Origin: Mycobacterium tuberculosis H37Rv
Lineage (GTDB): Bacteria; Actinomycetota; Actinomycetes; Mycobacteriales; Mycobacteriaceae
Length of the DNA: 32,000 bases
Assembly: GCF_000195955.2 (NCBI RefSeq)
Contig: NC_000962.3
Location: 2,250,001 to 2,282,000 of the forward strand
Direction: 5' to 3'
Part shown: one piece after another, positions 10,213 through 18,267 of the stretch
Layout of the letters: every line of letters starts with the position of its first letter
Position numbering within the stretch: the stretch's first letter is position 1
The notes under the pieces: generated by a model
What the model saw: the letters and a program-made list of their open reading frames with translations, nothing else
Told to the model about the DNA's origin: nothing
Database searches by the model: none
Made by a program: the position numbers and the translations under genes

Positions 10213-10664
10213 TGGTGCGCACCGCCGCCGTGGATCTTGATGGGAGCACGCGAAGCTCACTGGTGCACCATCCTTGTGTCGGTGACCTTGGATGGATTGC
10301 CGATGCACCCAAGGCGCCGCTGGGTTATCGCCCTGCTCGCTCGACAGCCGTGATGTCCACGATGAGTTCTGCGGAGTCCGGCGGTAGCCCCGGACGCGCC
10401 GACCGTCGACAGGACTGAGCGCCGACGAGCGCCGAACAGTGAGCGGCCCAAACCACTACCCTGCCCGACGAGCCGCGGAACGGCGTCACGGGTGGAATCG
10501 ATTGGGCGCGAGATGATCACGCGGCGTCGATCGTCGATGCGCGTGGGCGCGAGGTTCGCCGCGCCACGATCGAGCACAACGCCGCCGGACTGCGCGAGCT
10601 GCTCGAGCTGCTGAGCCGGGCCGGTGCCCGCGAGGTCGCCATCGAACGCCCGGACGGCCCGGTC

Positions 10665-11144
10665 GTGGATACCCTGCTCGAGGCCGGGATCACGGTGGTG
10701 GTGATCAGCCCCAACCAGCTGAAGAATCTGCGCGGTCGTTACGGCTCGGCTGGCAACAAGGACGACCGGTTCGACGCGTTCGTGCTCGCCGACACGTTGC
10801 GCACCGACCGGTCCCGGCTGCGCCCCCTGCTGCCCGACACCCCGGCCACGGCCACCCTGCGCCGGACCTGCCGCCCCCGCAAAGACCTCGTCGCCCACCG
10901 GGTTGCGTTGGCCAATCAGCTGCGCGCGCACCTGCGCGTCGTCTTTCCGGGTGTGGTCGGGTTGTTCGCTGACCTTGACTCGCCGATCAGCCTCGCGTTT
11001 TTGACGTTTTTGCCCCGTTTCGACTGCCAGGACCGCGCGGACTGGCTGTCGGTCAAGCGCCTGGCCGGCTGGCTGGCCGCCGCTGGCTACTGCGGCCGTG
11101 CTCCACGACCGGCTCACCGGTGCCCCGCGCGGCGCCACCGGTGA
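10665..11144 (+). pseudogene. IS110-family transposase, N-terminal part (Rv2013-like)
   Basis: GTG-initiated 159 aa track ORF, but homology continues upstream in the same frame to about 10494. Confidence 0.8.
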
Positions 11145-11688
11145 CGAGGGTGCCGCCAACGCCCACATCACCCGGGCCATGGTCGCCGCGCTCACCAGCG
11201 TCGCGACCCAGATCAAGACGCTCGACGCGCAGATCGCCGAACAGCTCTCCTTGCACGCCGACGCGCATATCTTCACCTCCCTGCCCCGCTCCGGCACCGT
11301 CCGCGCCGCCCGGCTGCTCGCCGAGATCGGGGACTGCCGAGCCCGTTTCCCCACGCCCGAATCGTTGGCCTGCCTGGCTGGCGTCGCCCCCTCCACCCGT
11401 CAGTCCGGCAAAGTCAAACACGTCGGATTCCGTTGGGCCGCAGACAAACAACTCCGCGACGCCGTCTGCGACTTCGCCGGTGACAGCCGCCGAGCCAACC
11501 TCTGGGCCGCCGACCGCTACAACCGCGCCATCGCCCGAGGACACGACCACCCCCACGCCGTGCGCATCCTGGCCCGCGCCTGGCTCTACGCCATCTGGCA
11601 CTGCTGGCAAGACGGCGCCGCCTACCACCCTGCCAACCATCGCGCCCTCCAGGCACTGCTCAACCAAGATCAAGACCGGGCGGCTTGA
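11098..11688 (+). pseudogene. IS110-family transposase, C-terminal part (Rv2014-like)
   Basis: 196 aa in a different frame, overlapping the upstream part by 47 bp. Confidence 0.8.
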
Positions 11689-11815
11689 CACAGGGCTACT
11701 CATCGGCCTAGCGGGTGGGCGCCACCAGCGGGTAGCACGAACGAAATCCTTGATGCCCCAAACCGTTTAAGCGTTACTGCAGGGTACAGGTACCGAGCGG
11801 GACCCGCTGCCGGGC

Positions 11816-13072
11816 CTAGTTGCTTATCGGTGGTGGTTGCGGCTGGAAGGGTTCATACCACCACCAGTCGGCGCGCTCGCCGGTGGGCCCAGGCCACGGC
11901 GCTACCGCCGGCGGCGGCTTCGTCGACGCCCGCGCCAACGATCCCGCGCTCAAAGGTCGGCCCGCGCTGTCGGCGACGGTGAGGTTGTCTGCCGGTCCGG
12001 TAATGGTGATCAGGCCCCGATGGTGTGCCCGGTGGTGATACGGGCACACCAGCACCAGGTTGGCCAGCTCGGTGGCCCCACCGTCCTGCCAATGTCGGAT
12101 GTGGTGGGCGTGCAAACCCCGGGTGGCCCCACAACCGGGAACCACACACGTGCGGTCGCGATGCTCAAGCGCACGACGCAACCGACGATTGATCTGACGA
12201 GTCGTTCGACCGCAGCCAATGACCTGCCCGTCACGTTCAAACCAGGCCTCAAAGGTGGCATCACAGAGCAGATATCGGCGTTCGGACTCGCTGAGCAGCG
12301 GACCCAGGTGCAGGCCAGCGGCACGCTCCTGCACGTCTAGATGCATCACCACGGTGGTGTGCTGCCCATGTGGCCGACGAGCCACCTCGGCGTCCCAGCC
12401 GGCCTCAACCAGACGCAGAAACGCCTCAACATTGCCCGGCAACGGGGGCCGCTGATCCGACACACCGTCGCTGTTGTCGTGATCACGCTTGTACTCGGCG
12501 ATCAACGCATCCAGATGAGACTGCAACGCCGCATCGAACTTCGCCGCCTCCACGTGCGGAAGCTTGATTCGCCAACAACTGAACTGCTCATCGGCGCTCC
12601 TGGTGATCGAGGGCCGCGGTTCCGGCCGAAAATCCGGTTCGGGTTCGGGTCGCGGTTCCAACTTGAGCGCGGTCCGCAGCTGATTCACCGTGGCAACGCC
12701 GGCCAACTGCGCATAATGCGCATCCGAACCCTCACCCGCCCGCCCCGCGATCACCCCAACCTGATCCAACGACAACCGCCCCTCCCGCATACCCCGGGCG
12801 CAGCGCGGAAACTCCGGCAACCGCCGCGCCACCGTGGCGATCGTGTGGGCGTTGCCTGACGAGCAGCCCATCTTCCAGGCCACCAACCCCGCCACCGACC
12901 GCGCCCCCGTCACACCCCACAACCCGTCGCGATCCAGCTCAGCCACGATCTCCACAATGCGCCCATCAATCGCATTGCGCTGACCGGCCAACTCCGCCAA
13001 CTCCTCAAACAACACCTCCACACGCTCGGCAGGACTGACTACCGCTGCGCCAGACGTCGCGGTCGAGGACAT
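11816..13072 (-). CDS. 13E12-family protein with DUF222 and HNH endonuclease motif (Rv2015c-like)
   Basis: 418 aa; C-terminal CVVPGCGATRGLHAHHIRHWQDGGATELANLVLVCPYHHRAHH HNH signature. Confidence 0.9.
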   Translation of the reverse strand: MSSTATSGAAVVSPAERVEVLFEELAELAGQRNAIDGRIVEIVAELDRDGLWGVTGARSVAGLVAWKMGCSSGNAHTIATVARRLPEFPRCARGMREGRLSLDQVGVIAGRAGEGSDAHYAQLAGVATVNQLRTALKLEPRPEPEPDFRPEPRPSITRSADEQFSCWRIKLPHVEAAKFDAALQSHLDALIAEYKRDHDNSDGVSDQRPPLPGNVEAFLRLVEAGWDAEVARRPHGQHTTVVMHLDVQERAAGLHLGPLLSESERRYLLCDATFEAWFERDGQVIGCGRTTRQINRRLRRALEHRDRTCVVPGCGATRGLHAHHIRHWQDGGATELANLVLVCPYHHRAHHRGLITITGPADNLTVADSAGRPLSAGSLARASTKPPPAVAPWPGPTGERADWWWYEPFQPQPPPISN

Positions 13073-13369
13073 GAGTTCATCATCGCAGCAGGGTCTGACA
13101 ACTCCGGCCAACCCGAATCCACGCCCGGGGCCGTGCCGTCATCACCCCGCAAAGAGATGCTCGGCTCCGGCTCCGCCCCCGCCGGGGCCAAGGGCACACG
13201 AGACAACGAAATCAGCGAACCCACCATGGAAACGCTCAACGGCGTGGGCCGCGAAGCCGGCGAAATGCTGGGAGCAGCTGGTGGACATCGCATAGATAGG
13301 CCCCAGACCCAGCCAGCACGGCTCCAACCGTCGACGCGCCTAGCTGCAAAATCGCATGCTTGTCAGCGG

Positions 13370-13396
13370 ATACCGGTATATTTTCCGGTATGTTTT
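13370..13396. promoter_or_regulatory. Candidate operator/promoter upstream of Rv2016-like gene
   Basis: Perfect palindrome ATACCGGTAT (13370-13379) overlapping tandem near-repeats CCGGTATATTTT / CCGGTATGTTTT (13373-13396). Confidence 0.5.
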
Positions 13397-13425
13397 CAGA
13401 GCCTTATCCGACCGATGGCGAAGTC

Positions 13426-14001
13426 ATGACGGAACTCGGCGACAAGTTCCTTGCTGCTCTTGTTGGCACCATCAGGGATACGCGCTTCGACATCGCCGAC
13501 ATGCGGAACTGGCGGCCGGGATGGTTTCCGACCATGCATAGCCGGTGTCTGTCCAACCTCATCCACGACAGAATCTGGGCACACCTGGTCACCCTCATCG
13601 CGAGCAATCCAGGCACCAGCATCAAGGACAAGGGTGCCACCCGCGAGATTGTGGTTGGCGCACACCTGCGGTTGCGAATCAAACGCCACCACGCAGGTGA
13701 CGAGATCAGCACCTACCCGACCCGAACCGCCATCGAATTCTGGCAACAGGGCAGCCAGCCCGCCTTCCCGGGGCTGGAAGAGGTTCGCATTGCGGTGGGC
13801 TATCGGTGGGACCCTGATACCCGCGAGATCGGAGCCCCCCTGCTGTCGCTTCGCGACGGGAAAGATCACGTCATCTGGGTAGTCGAACTCGACGAGCCTG
13901 CGGCCGGCGTGAAGATCACCTGGACCCCGATCGAGCCGACACTACCGTCCATCGACTTCGGTGACTTGGGTGAAGACTCTGGAGCATCGGGGGAACGATG
14001 A
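13426..14001 (+). CDS. Hypothetical protein (Rv2016-like), coupled to downstream XRE-ImmA gene
   Basis: 191 aa MTELGDKFLAALVGTIRDTRFDIADMRNWRPGW...; stop overlaps the next start by 4 bp. Confidence 0.85.
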   Translation: MTELGDKFLAALVGTIRDTRFDIADMRNWRPGWFPTMHSRCLSNLIHDRIWAHLVTLIASNPGTSIKDKGATREIVVGAHLRLRIKRHHAGDEISTYPTRTAIEFWQQGSQPAFPGLEEVRIAVGYRWDPDTREIGAPLLSLRDGKDHVIWVVELDEPAAGVKITWTPIEPTLPSIDFGDLGEDSGASGER

Positions 14002-15038
14002 ACGGCCTGGGAGACGTGCTCGCGGTCGCCCGGAAGGCTCGTGGACTCACCCAGATCGAATTGGCCGAGCTGGTGGGACTCACCCAGCCGGCGATCAACC
14101 GGTACGAATCAGGCGACCGTGACCCCGACCAACACATCGTGGCCAAGCTGGCCGAAATCCTCGGTGTGACCGACGATCTGCTCATACACGGGAACAGGTT
14201 TCGAGGTGCGCTCGCAGTCGATGCGCATATGCGCCGCCACAAGACCACGAAGGCGTCGGCCTGGCGTCAGCTGGAGGCCCGGTTGAACCTGTTGCGCGTG
14301 CACGCGTCATTCCTCTTCGAGGAAGTGGCTATCAATAGCGAGCAACATGTGCCCGCGTTCGACCCGGAGTTCACCGCCGCCGAGGACGCCGCCCGGTTAG
14401 TCCGTGCCCAGTGGCGCATGCCGATGGGCCCGGTCGTCAACCTGACCCGGTGGATGGAGGCCGCGGGCTGCCTGGTGTTCGAAGAGGACTTCGCCACCCA
14501 GCGCATCGACGGGTTGTCGCAGTGGGTCGACGACTACCCCGTCATGCTGATCAACGCCAACGCAGCACCCGACCGAAAACGCTTGACCCTTGCCCACGAA
14601 CTCGGCCACCTCGTGCTGCATTCCACCAACCCCACGGAGAACATGGAGACCGAAGCCACCGCCTTCGCCGCCGAGTTTCTCATGCCCGAGAGCGAGATTC
14701 GGCCCGAGCTGCGTCGGCTCGATCTCGGCAAGTTGCTCGAACTGAAACGGGAATGGGGCGTCTCGATGCAAGCCCTCCTGGCGCGGGCATATCGCATGGG
14801 CCTGGTATCGGCCGAGGCTCGCACCAAGCTCTACAAGGCGATGAACGCGCGCGGCTGGAAAACCAAAGAGCCAGGCATCGAGTCCATCGTGCGAGAAAAA
14901 CCGAGCCTACCCGCCCACATCGGCATGACACTCCGAAGCCGCGGATTCACCGACCAGCAAGCCGCCGCCATCGCCGGATACGCCAATCCTGCGGACAATC
15001 CATTCCGCCCCGAAGGTGGCCGCCTCCATGCGATTTGA
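13998..15038 (+). CDS. XRE-family HTH + ImmA/IrrE-type zinc metallopeptidase (Rv2017-like)
   Basis: 346 aa; N-term KARGLTQIELAELVGLTQPAINRYESGDRDP; central LAHELGHLVLHSTNPTENMETEATAFAAEFLMPE (HExxH plus downstream E). Confidence 0.93.
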   Translation: MNGLGDVLAVARKARGLTQIELAELVGLTQPAINRYESGDRDPDQHIVAKLAEILGVTDDLLIHGNRFRGALAVDAHMRRHKTTKASAWRQLEARLNLLRVHASFLFEEVAINSEQHVPAFDPEFTAAEDAARLVRAQWRMPMGPVVNLTRWMEAAGCLVFEEDFATQRIDGLSQWVDDYPVMLINANAAPDRKRLTLAHELGHLVLHSTNPTENMETEATAFAAEFLMPESEIRPELRRLDLGKLLELKREWGVSMQALLARAYRMGLVSAEARTKLYKAMNARGWKTKEPGIESIVREKPSLPAHIGMTLRSRGFTDQQAAAIAGYANPADNPFRPEGGRLHAI

Positions 15039-15279
15039 CTTCCGATTGACGCTGGGTTTTCATGCCGACGGCGCCAGGTGCGGTCACACAAGGCGGCCGG
15101 AACAGGCATCGATTCTTGGCGACGCCGTTGCTGTACCGATAGCGACTGCCCCGTATCGATCCCAGGGAACGTGACCATGGTCGTAGGGATGACTTGACAG
15201 TTTCAACGGGGTGCGACCACCGTTGCGCTCAGAAGGCATACGTTGGTGGAACACGTCGGAAAGCTGGGAGGTGAATCTG

Positions 15280-15999
15280 ATGGCTGGCGACCAAGAGCTG
15301 GAACTGCGGTTCGACGTTCCTCTTTACACGCTTGCCGAGGCATCGCGGTACCTGGTGGTTCCCCGCGCCACCCTGGCTACGTGGGCTGACGGCTACGAGC
15401 GTCGGCCGGCCAACGCACCGGCGGTCCAGGGGCAACCGATCATCACGGCTCTTCCCCACCCGACCGGCAGTCACGCTCGGCTCCCATTCGTCGGAATCGC
15501 CGAGGCGTATGTGTTGAACGCCTTCCGCCGAGCGGGCGTCCCTATGCAGCGGATCCGGCCATCCCTCGACTGGCTAATCAAGAATGTCGGGCCACACGCG
15601 CTTGCGTCCCAGGATTTGTGCACGGACGGTGCCGAGGTGCTCTGGCGGTTCGCTGAACGGTCCGGGGAGGGCAGTCCTGATGATCTGGTGGTCAGGGGGC
15701 TGATTGTCCCGCGATCCGGGCAGTACGTCTTCAAGGAGATCGTCGAGCACTACCTGCAACAAATCAGCTTTGCCGACGACAACCTGGCTTCGATGATTAG
15801 GTTGCCGCAGTACGGCGATGCCAACGTCGTCCTCGATCCACGCCGCGGCTATGGGCAACCGGTGTTCGACGGAAGCGGCGTCCGGGTAGCTGACGTGCTC
15901 GGCCCATTGCGCGCCGGCGCGACGTTCCAGGCTGTCGCCGACGACTACGGTGTGACCCCGGACCAGCTTCGAGACGCGCTCGACGCCATTGCAGCCTGA
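15280..15999 (+). CDS. vapB45: DUF433-containing antitoxin, VapB45-like (Rv2018-like)
   Basis: 239 aa; C-terminal FDGSGVRVADVLGPLRAGATFQAVADDYGVTPDQLRDALDAIAA is typical DUF433. Confidence 0.8.
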   Translation: MAGDQELELRFDVPLYTLAEASRYLVVPRATLATWADGYERRPANAPAVQGQPIITALPHPTGSHARLPFVGIAEAYVLNAFRRAGVPMQRIRPSLDWLIKNVGPHALASQDLCTDGAEVLWRFAERSGEGSPDDLVVRGLIVPRSGQYVFKEIVEHYLQQISFADDNLASMIRLPQYGDANVVLDPRRGYGQPVFDGSGVRVADVLGPLRAGATFQAVADDYGVTPDQLRDALDAIAA

Positions 16000-16405
16000 T
16001 CGGAATCTCCTCGCCGACCTCGATCACATCTTTGTCGACCGGAGTTTGGGCGCTGTGCAAGTCCCGCAACTCCTTCGGGATGCCGGATTCCGGCTGACAA
16101 CGATGCGGGAGCACTACGGCGAGACGCAGGCTCAGAGTGTCAGCGACCACAAGTGGATCGCAATGACCGCCGAGTGCGGCTGGATTGGATTTCACAAGGA
16201 TGCCAATATCCGGCGCAACGCCGTCGAGCGACGGACGGTGCTCGACACGGGAGCCCGGCTATTCTGTGTGCCGCGGGCCGACATCCTGGCAGAGCAAGTC
16301 GCGGCACGGTATATTGCGTCCCTTGCGGCGATTGCCCGTGCCGCACGATTTCCGGGACCATTCATCTACACGGTTCACCCGAGCAAGATCGTTCGCGTGC
16401 TCTAG
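15989..16405 (+). CDS. vapC45: PIN-like (DUF5615-type) toxin, VapC45-like (Rv2019-like)
   Basis: 138 aa FVDRSLGAVQVPQLLRDAGFRLTTMREHYGETQAQSVSDHKWIAMTAECGWIGFHKDANIRRN; overlaps DUF433 gene by 11 bp. Confidence 0.8.
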   Translation: MQPDRNLLADLDHIFVDRSLGAVQVPQLLRDAGFRLTTMREHYGETQAQSVSDHKWIAMTAECGWIGFHKDANIRRNAVERRTVLDTGARLFCVPRADILAEQVAARYIASLAAIARAARFPGPFIYTVHPSKIVRVL

Positions 16406-16420
16406 TCGTTCATCGCTCCG

Positions 16421-16720
16421 TTAACCGCCGGCGAGGCCGTCGACGATCTTCATGGTCTCGACGCTGACGGTGGTCACCTTCTTGATGAGGTCGACGATGT
16501 AGGTGGGATCGTCGTGTTCGTCGCACCAGTCGTTGGGGTCGTTGACGATGCCCGACGCTTTGTCGGTGGTGACGCGGTAGCGCTCGATGATCCAGCCGAG
16601 CGCCGAGCGGGAGCGAGCAGGTAGCGCTCGGCCTCGTCGGGAATGCCGGCGATGGTGACGCGGGAGTAGAACGATCGCCAAGTGGTCGGTCTTGGCTGCC
16701 CACTTCATCCCCGGCGCCAC
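16421..16720 (-). pseudogene. C-terminal tail remnant of a Type ISP-like restriction enzyme (copy 2; annotated-style ORF Rv2020c)
   Basis: 99 aa ORF ends ...SRSALGWIIERYRVTTDKASGIVNDPNDWCDEHDDPTYIVDLIKKVTTVSVETMKIVDGLAGG; upstream MKWAAKTDHLAIV and YSRVTIAGIPDEAERYLL occur in neighbouring frames. Confidence 0.8.
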
Positions 16721-16804
16721 CGGCAGGTCTCGCGGTCATCTCGACCAACGGAGGGCCGTCGGTGGTTCGTATCCGGCCAAGAACGGCGAGAACGGTTTGT
16801 GCCT

Positions 16805-17110
16805 CTATGCCAGGGTGAATGTCTCATCTCCCAGGCGGACGGTGATATCCAGTTCTCCGCCAAGAGCGGACACGTATTTGCGCAGTGTGTTGACCTGTGC
16901 GGAGCCGATGTCGCCGTTCTCGATGCTGGATACCCGGCTCTGCCGGATGTGCGCCAGCGCAGCCACCTGGACCTGGGTGAGTGACTGAGCCGCGCGCAGC
17001 TCCCGGAGCCGGAATGCCCGCACTTCATCGCGCATTCGTGCCTTGTGCCGGTCCACCGCCTCCCGGTTAACGGGACGTACGGCGTCCATGTCCCGTAGTG
17101 TCATCGCCAT
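16805..17110 (-). CDS. higA3: HigA-type XRE antitoxin (Rv2021c-like, HigA3)
   Basis: 101 aa; LRELRAAQSLTQVQVAALAHIRQSRVSSIENGDIGSAQVNTLRKYVSALGGELDI. Confidence 0.88.
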   Translation of the reverse strand: MAMTLRDMDAVRPVNREAVDRHKARMRDEVRAFRLRELRAAQSLTQVQVAALAHIRQSRVSSIENGDIGSAQVNTLRKYVSALGGELDITVRLGDETFTLA

Positions 17111-17118
17111 CGTGCCAC

Positions 17119-17724
17119 TTACCCTTTCTTGCGCTTGCGCCTCTTTGGCTTCGTGTCCTCGAACTGTGCGAGATGTTCGGCAAACATCTCATCGGCCGCT
17201 TTGATCTTCTCGTCGTACCACTGGGTCCACCGCCCGGCCTTGTTACCGGCGGCCAGCATGATCGCCTGCCGCGCCGGGTCGAAGGCGAACAGAATGCGGA
17301 CCTCGGACCGCCCTTGTGATCCTGGACGCAGCTCCTTCATGTTCTTGTGGCGCGACCCACGCACCGTGTCCACCAGAGGACAGCCAAGTGCGGGGCCCTC
17401 TTCCTCGAGAACCTCGATAGCTGCGAACACCAATTCGTAGGTCTCTCGGTCCAAGCCGTTGAGCCAGGCGGAGATGCGCTCCACATCCGCCGTCCACCCC
17501 ACAGAGTCGCAGAGTAGCGCGATACGCGATATCACACAAGGGTGATATTCCTCCGGGTAAGAGCAGCGGGCGACGGGGCTACCGTCGAGGAAATGCCGGC
17601 AGGCGAGGACGGACTCTGCGCACCCGGGCCGTTGAAACAGTAGCCTGTGCCAGGCCGAGAATTCATCCCCACGTATGAGGCAGTACAGTGCGCCGCCGTG
17701 CGCGTTCTCCCATGGAACGTTCAC
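17119..17724 (-). CDS. higB3: HigB/RelE-superfamily toxin (Rv2022c-like, HigB3); possible internal true start at 17535
   Basis: 201 aa; ...ELVFAAIEVLEEEGPALGCPLVDTVRGSRHKNMKELRPGSQGRSEVRILFAFDPARQAIMLAAGNKAGRW; toxin-first order with the antitoxin 8 bp downstream. Confidence 0.87.
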   Translation of the reverse strand: MNVPWENAHGGALYCLIRGDEFSAWHRLLFQRPGCAESVLACRHFLDGSPVARCSYPEEYHPCVISRIALLCDSVGWTADVERISAWLNGLDRETYELVFAAIEVLEEEGPALGCPLVDTVRGSRHKNMKELRPGSQGRSEVRILFAFDPARQAIMLAAGNKAGRWTQWYDEKIKAADEMFAEHLAQFEDTKPKRRKRKKG

Positions 17725-17753
17725 GGGCTCCCGTGGATGACAGGCGTTTCATG

Positions 17754-17920
17754 AACGCCAGCGCCGCCGCAACCCGACCGAAAGCGGTTGACCCCAAGGA
17801 GAGCTGGAAGTCGAGGCCACCACCTTCGCCGCGGAGTTGCTCATGCCCGAGAGCGAGACTCGTCCCGAAATACGCCGGCTCGATTTCGGCAAGTTGCTCG
17901 AACTGAAGCGGGAATGGGCG
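17754..17920 (+). pseudogene. Remnant copy of the XRE-ImmA/IrrE gene (paralogue of 14553-14759) lacking the HExxH segment
   Basis: AACGCCAGCGCCGCCGCAACCCGACCGAAAGCGGTTGACCC matches AACGCCAACGCAGCACCCGACCGAAAACGCTTGACCC; then TFAAELLMPESETRPEIRRLDFGKLLELKREWA versus AFAAEFLMPESEIRPELRRLDLGKLLELKREWG. Confidence 0.85.
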
Positions 17921-17931
17921 TCGACCCGCTC

Positions 17932-17975
17932 GACCAGCCCCAGCCGGGTGACCAGCCCCAGCCGGGTGACCAGCC
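17932..17975. repeat. 18-bp tandem repeat, 2.4 copies
   Basis: GACCAGCCCCAGCCGGGT x2 followed by GACCAGCC. Confidence 0.95.
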
Positions 17976-18267
17976 GATGCACCGCGGCGATCCCACCGAA
18001 GCCGGTGGCATCGATGTTGGCGCCGACCTCGTAGCGCACCGCGCCCGAACCCAGCATCGGCCTGGGCTGCGCCGCCCAGCGTCCAGCCCGCGCGTGCCGC
18101 GCCGCCACCCTGCGCCCTCGGCGTGTGATGTTTCGCCGACTCTGTTCATGGGTTATCTTCTTCACCACAAAGGCCTTTCCTGCTGGGCTGTGTTGAGGTC
18201 GCAAACCCAGCCAGGGTAAGGCCTTTGGCCTCTCCTACCCGGCCGACACGCTTACTGAAGGCCTAGT

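Larger units (their letters stand above)
10443..11688 (+). mobile_element. IS110-family insertion sequence, transposase split into two ORFs (Rv2013/Rv2014; IS1607-type)
   Basis: GIDWARDDHAASIVDARGREVRRATIEHNAAGLRELLELLSRAGAREVAIERPDGPVVDTLLEAGITVVVISPNQLKNLRGRYGSAGNKDDRFDAFVLAD (DEDD domain) then ...FTSLPRSGTVRAARLLAEIGDCRARFPTPESLACLAGVAPSTRQSGK (Tnp20-like). Element ends not identified; boundaries given are the coding span. Confidence 0.85.

Noticed and set aside
11120-11770. 216 aa plus-strand ORF rich in P/S/T within the IS110 transposase region
   Set aside because: Overlaps the recognised transposase frame; composition (PSPRSPASRPRSRRSTRRS) is typical of out-of-frame high-GC translation.
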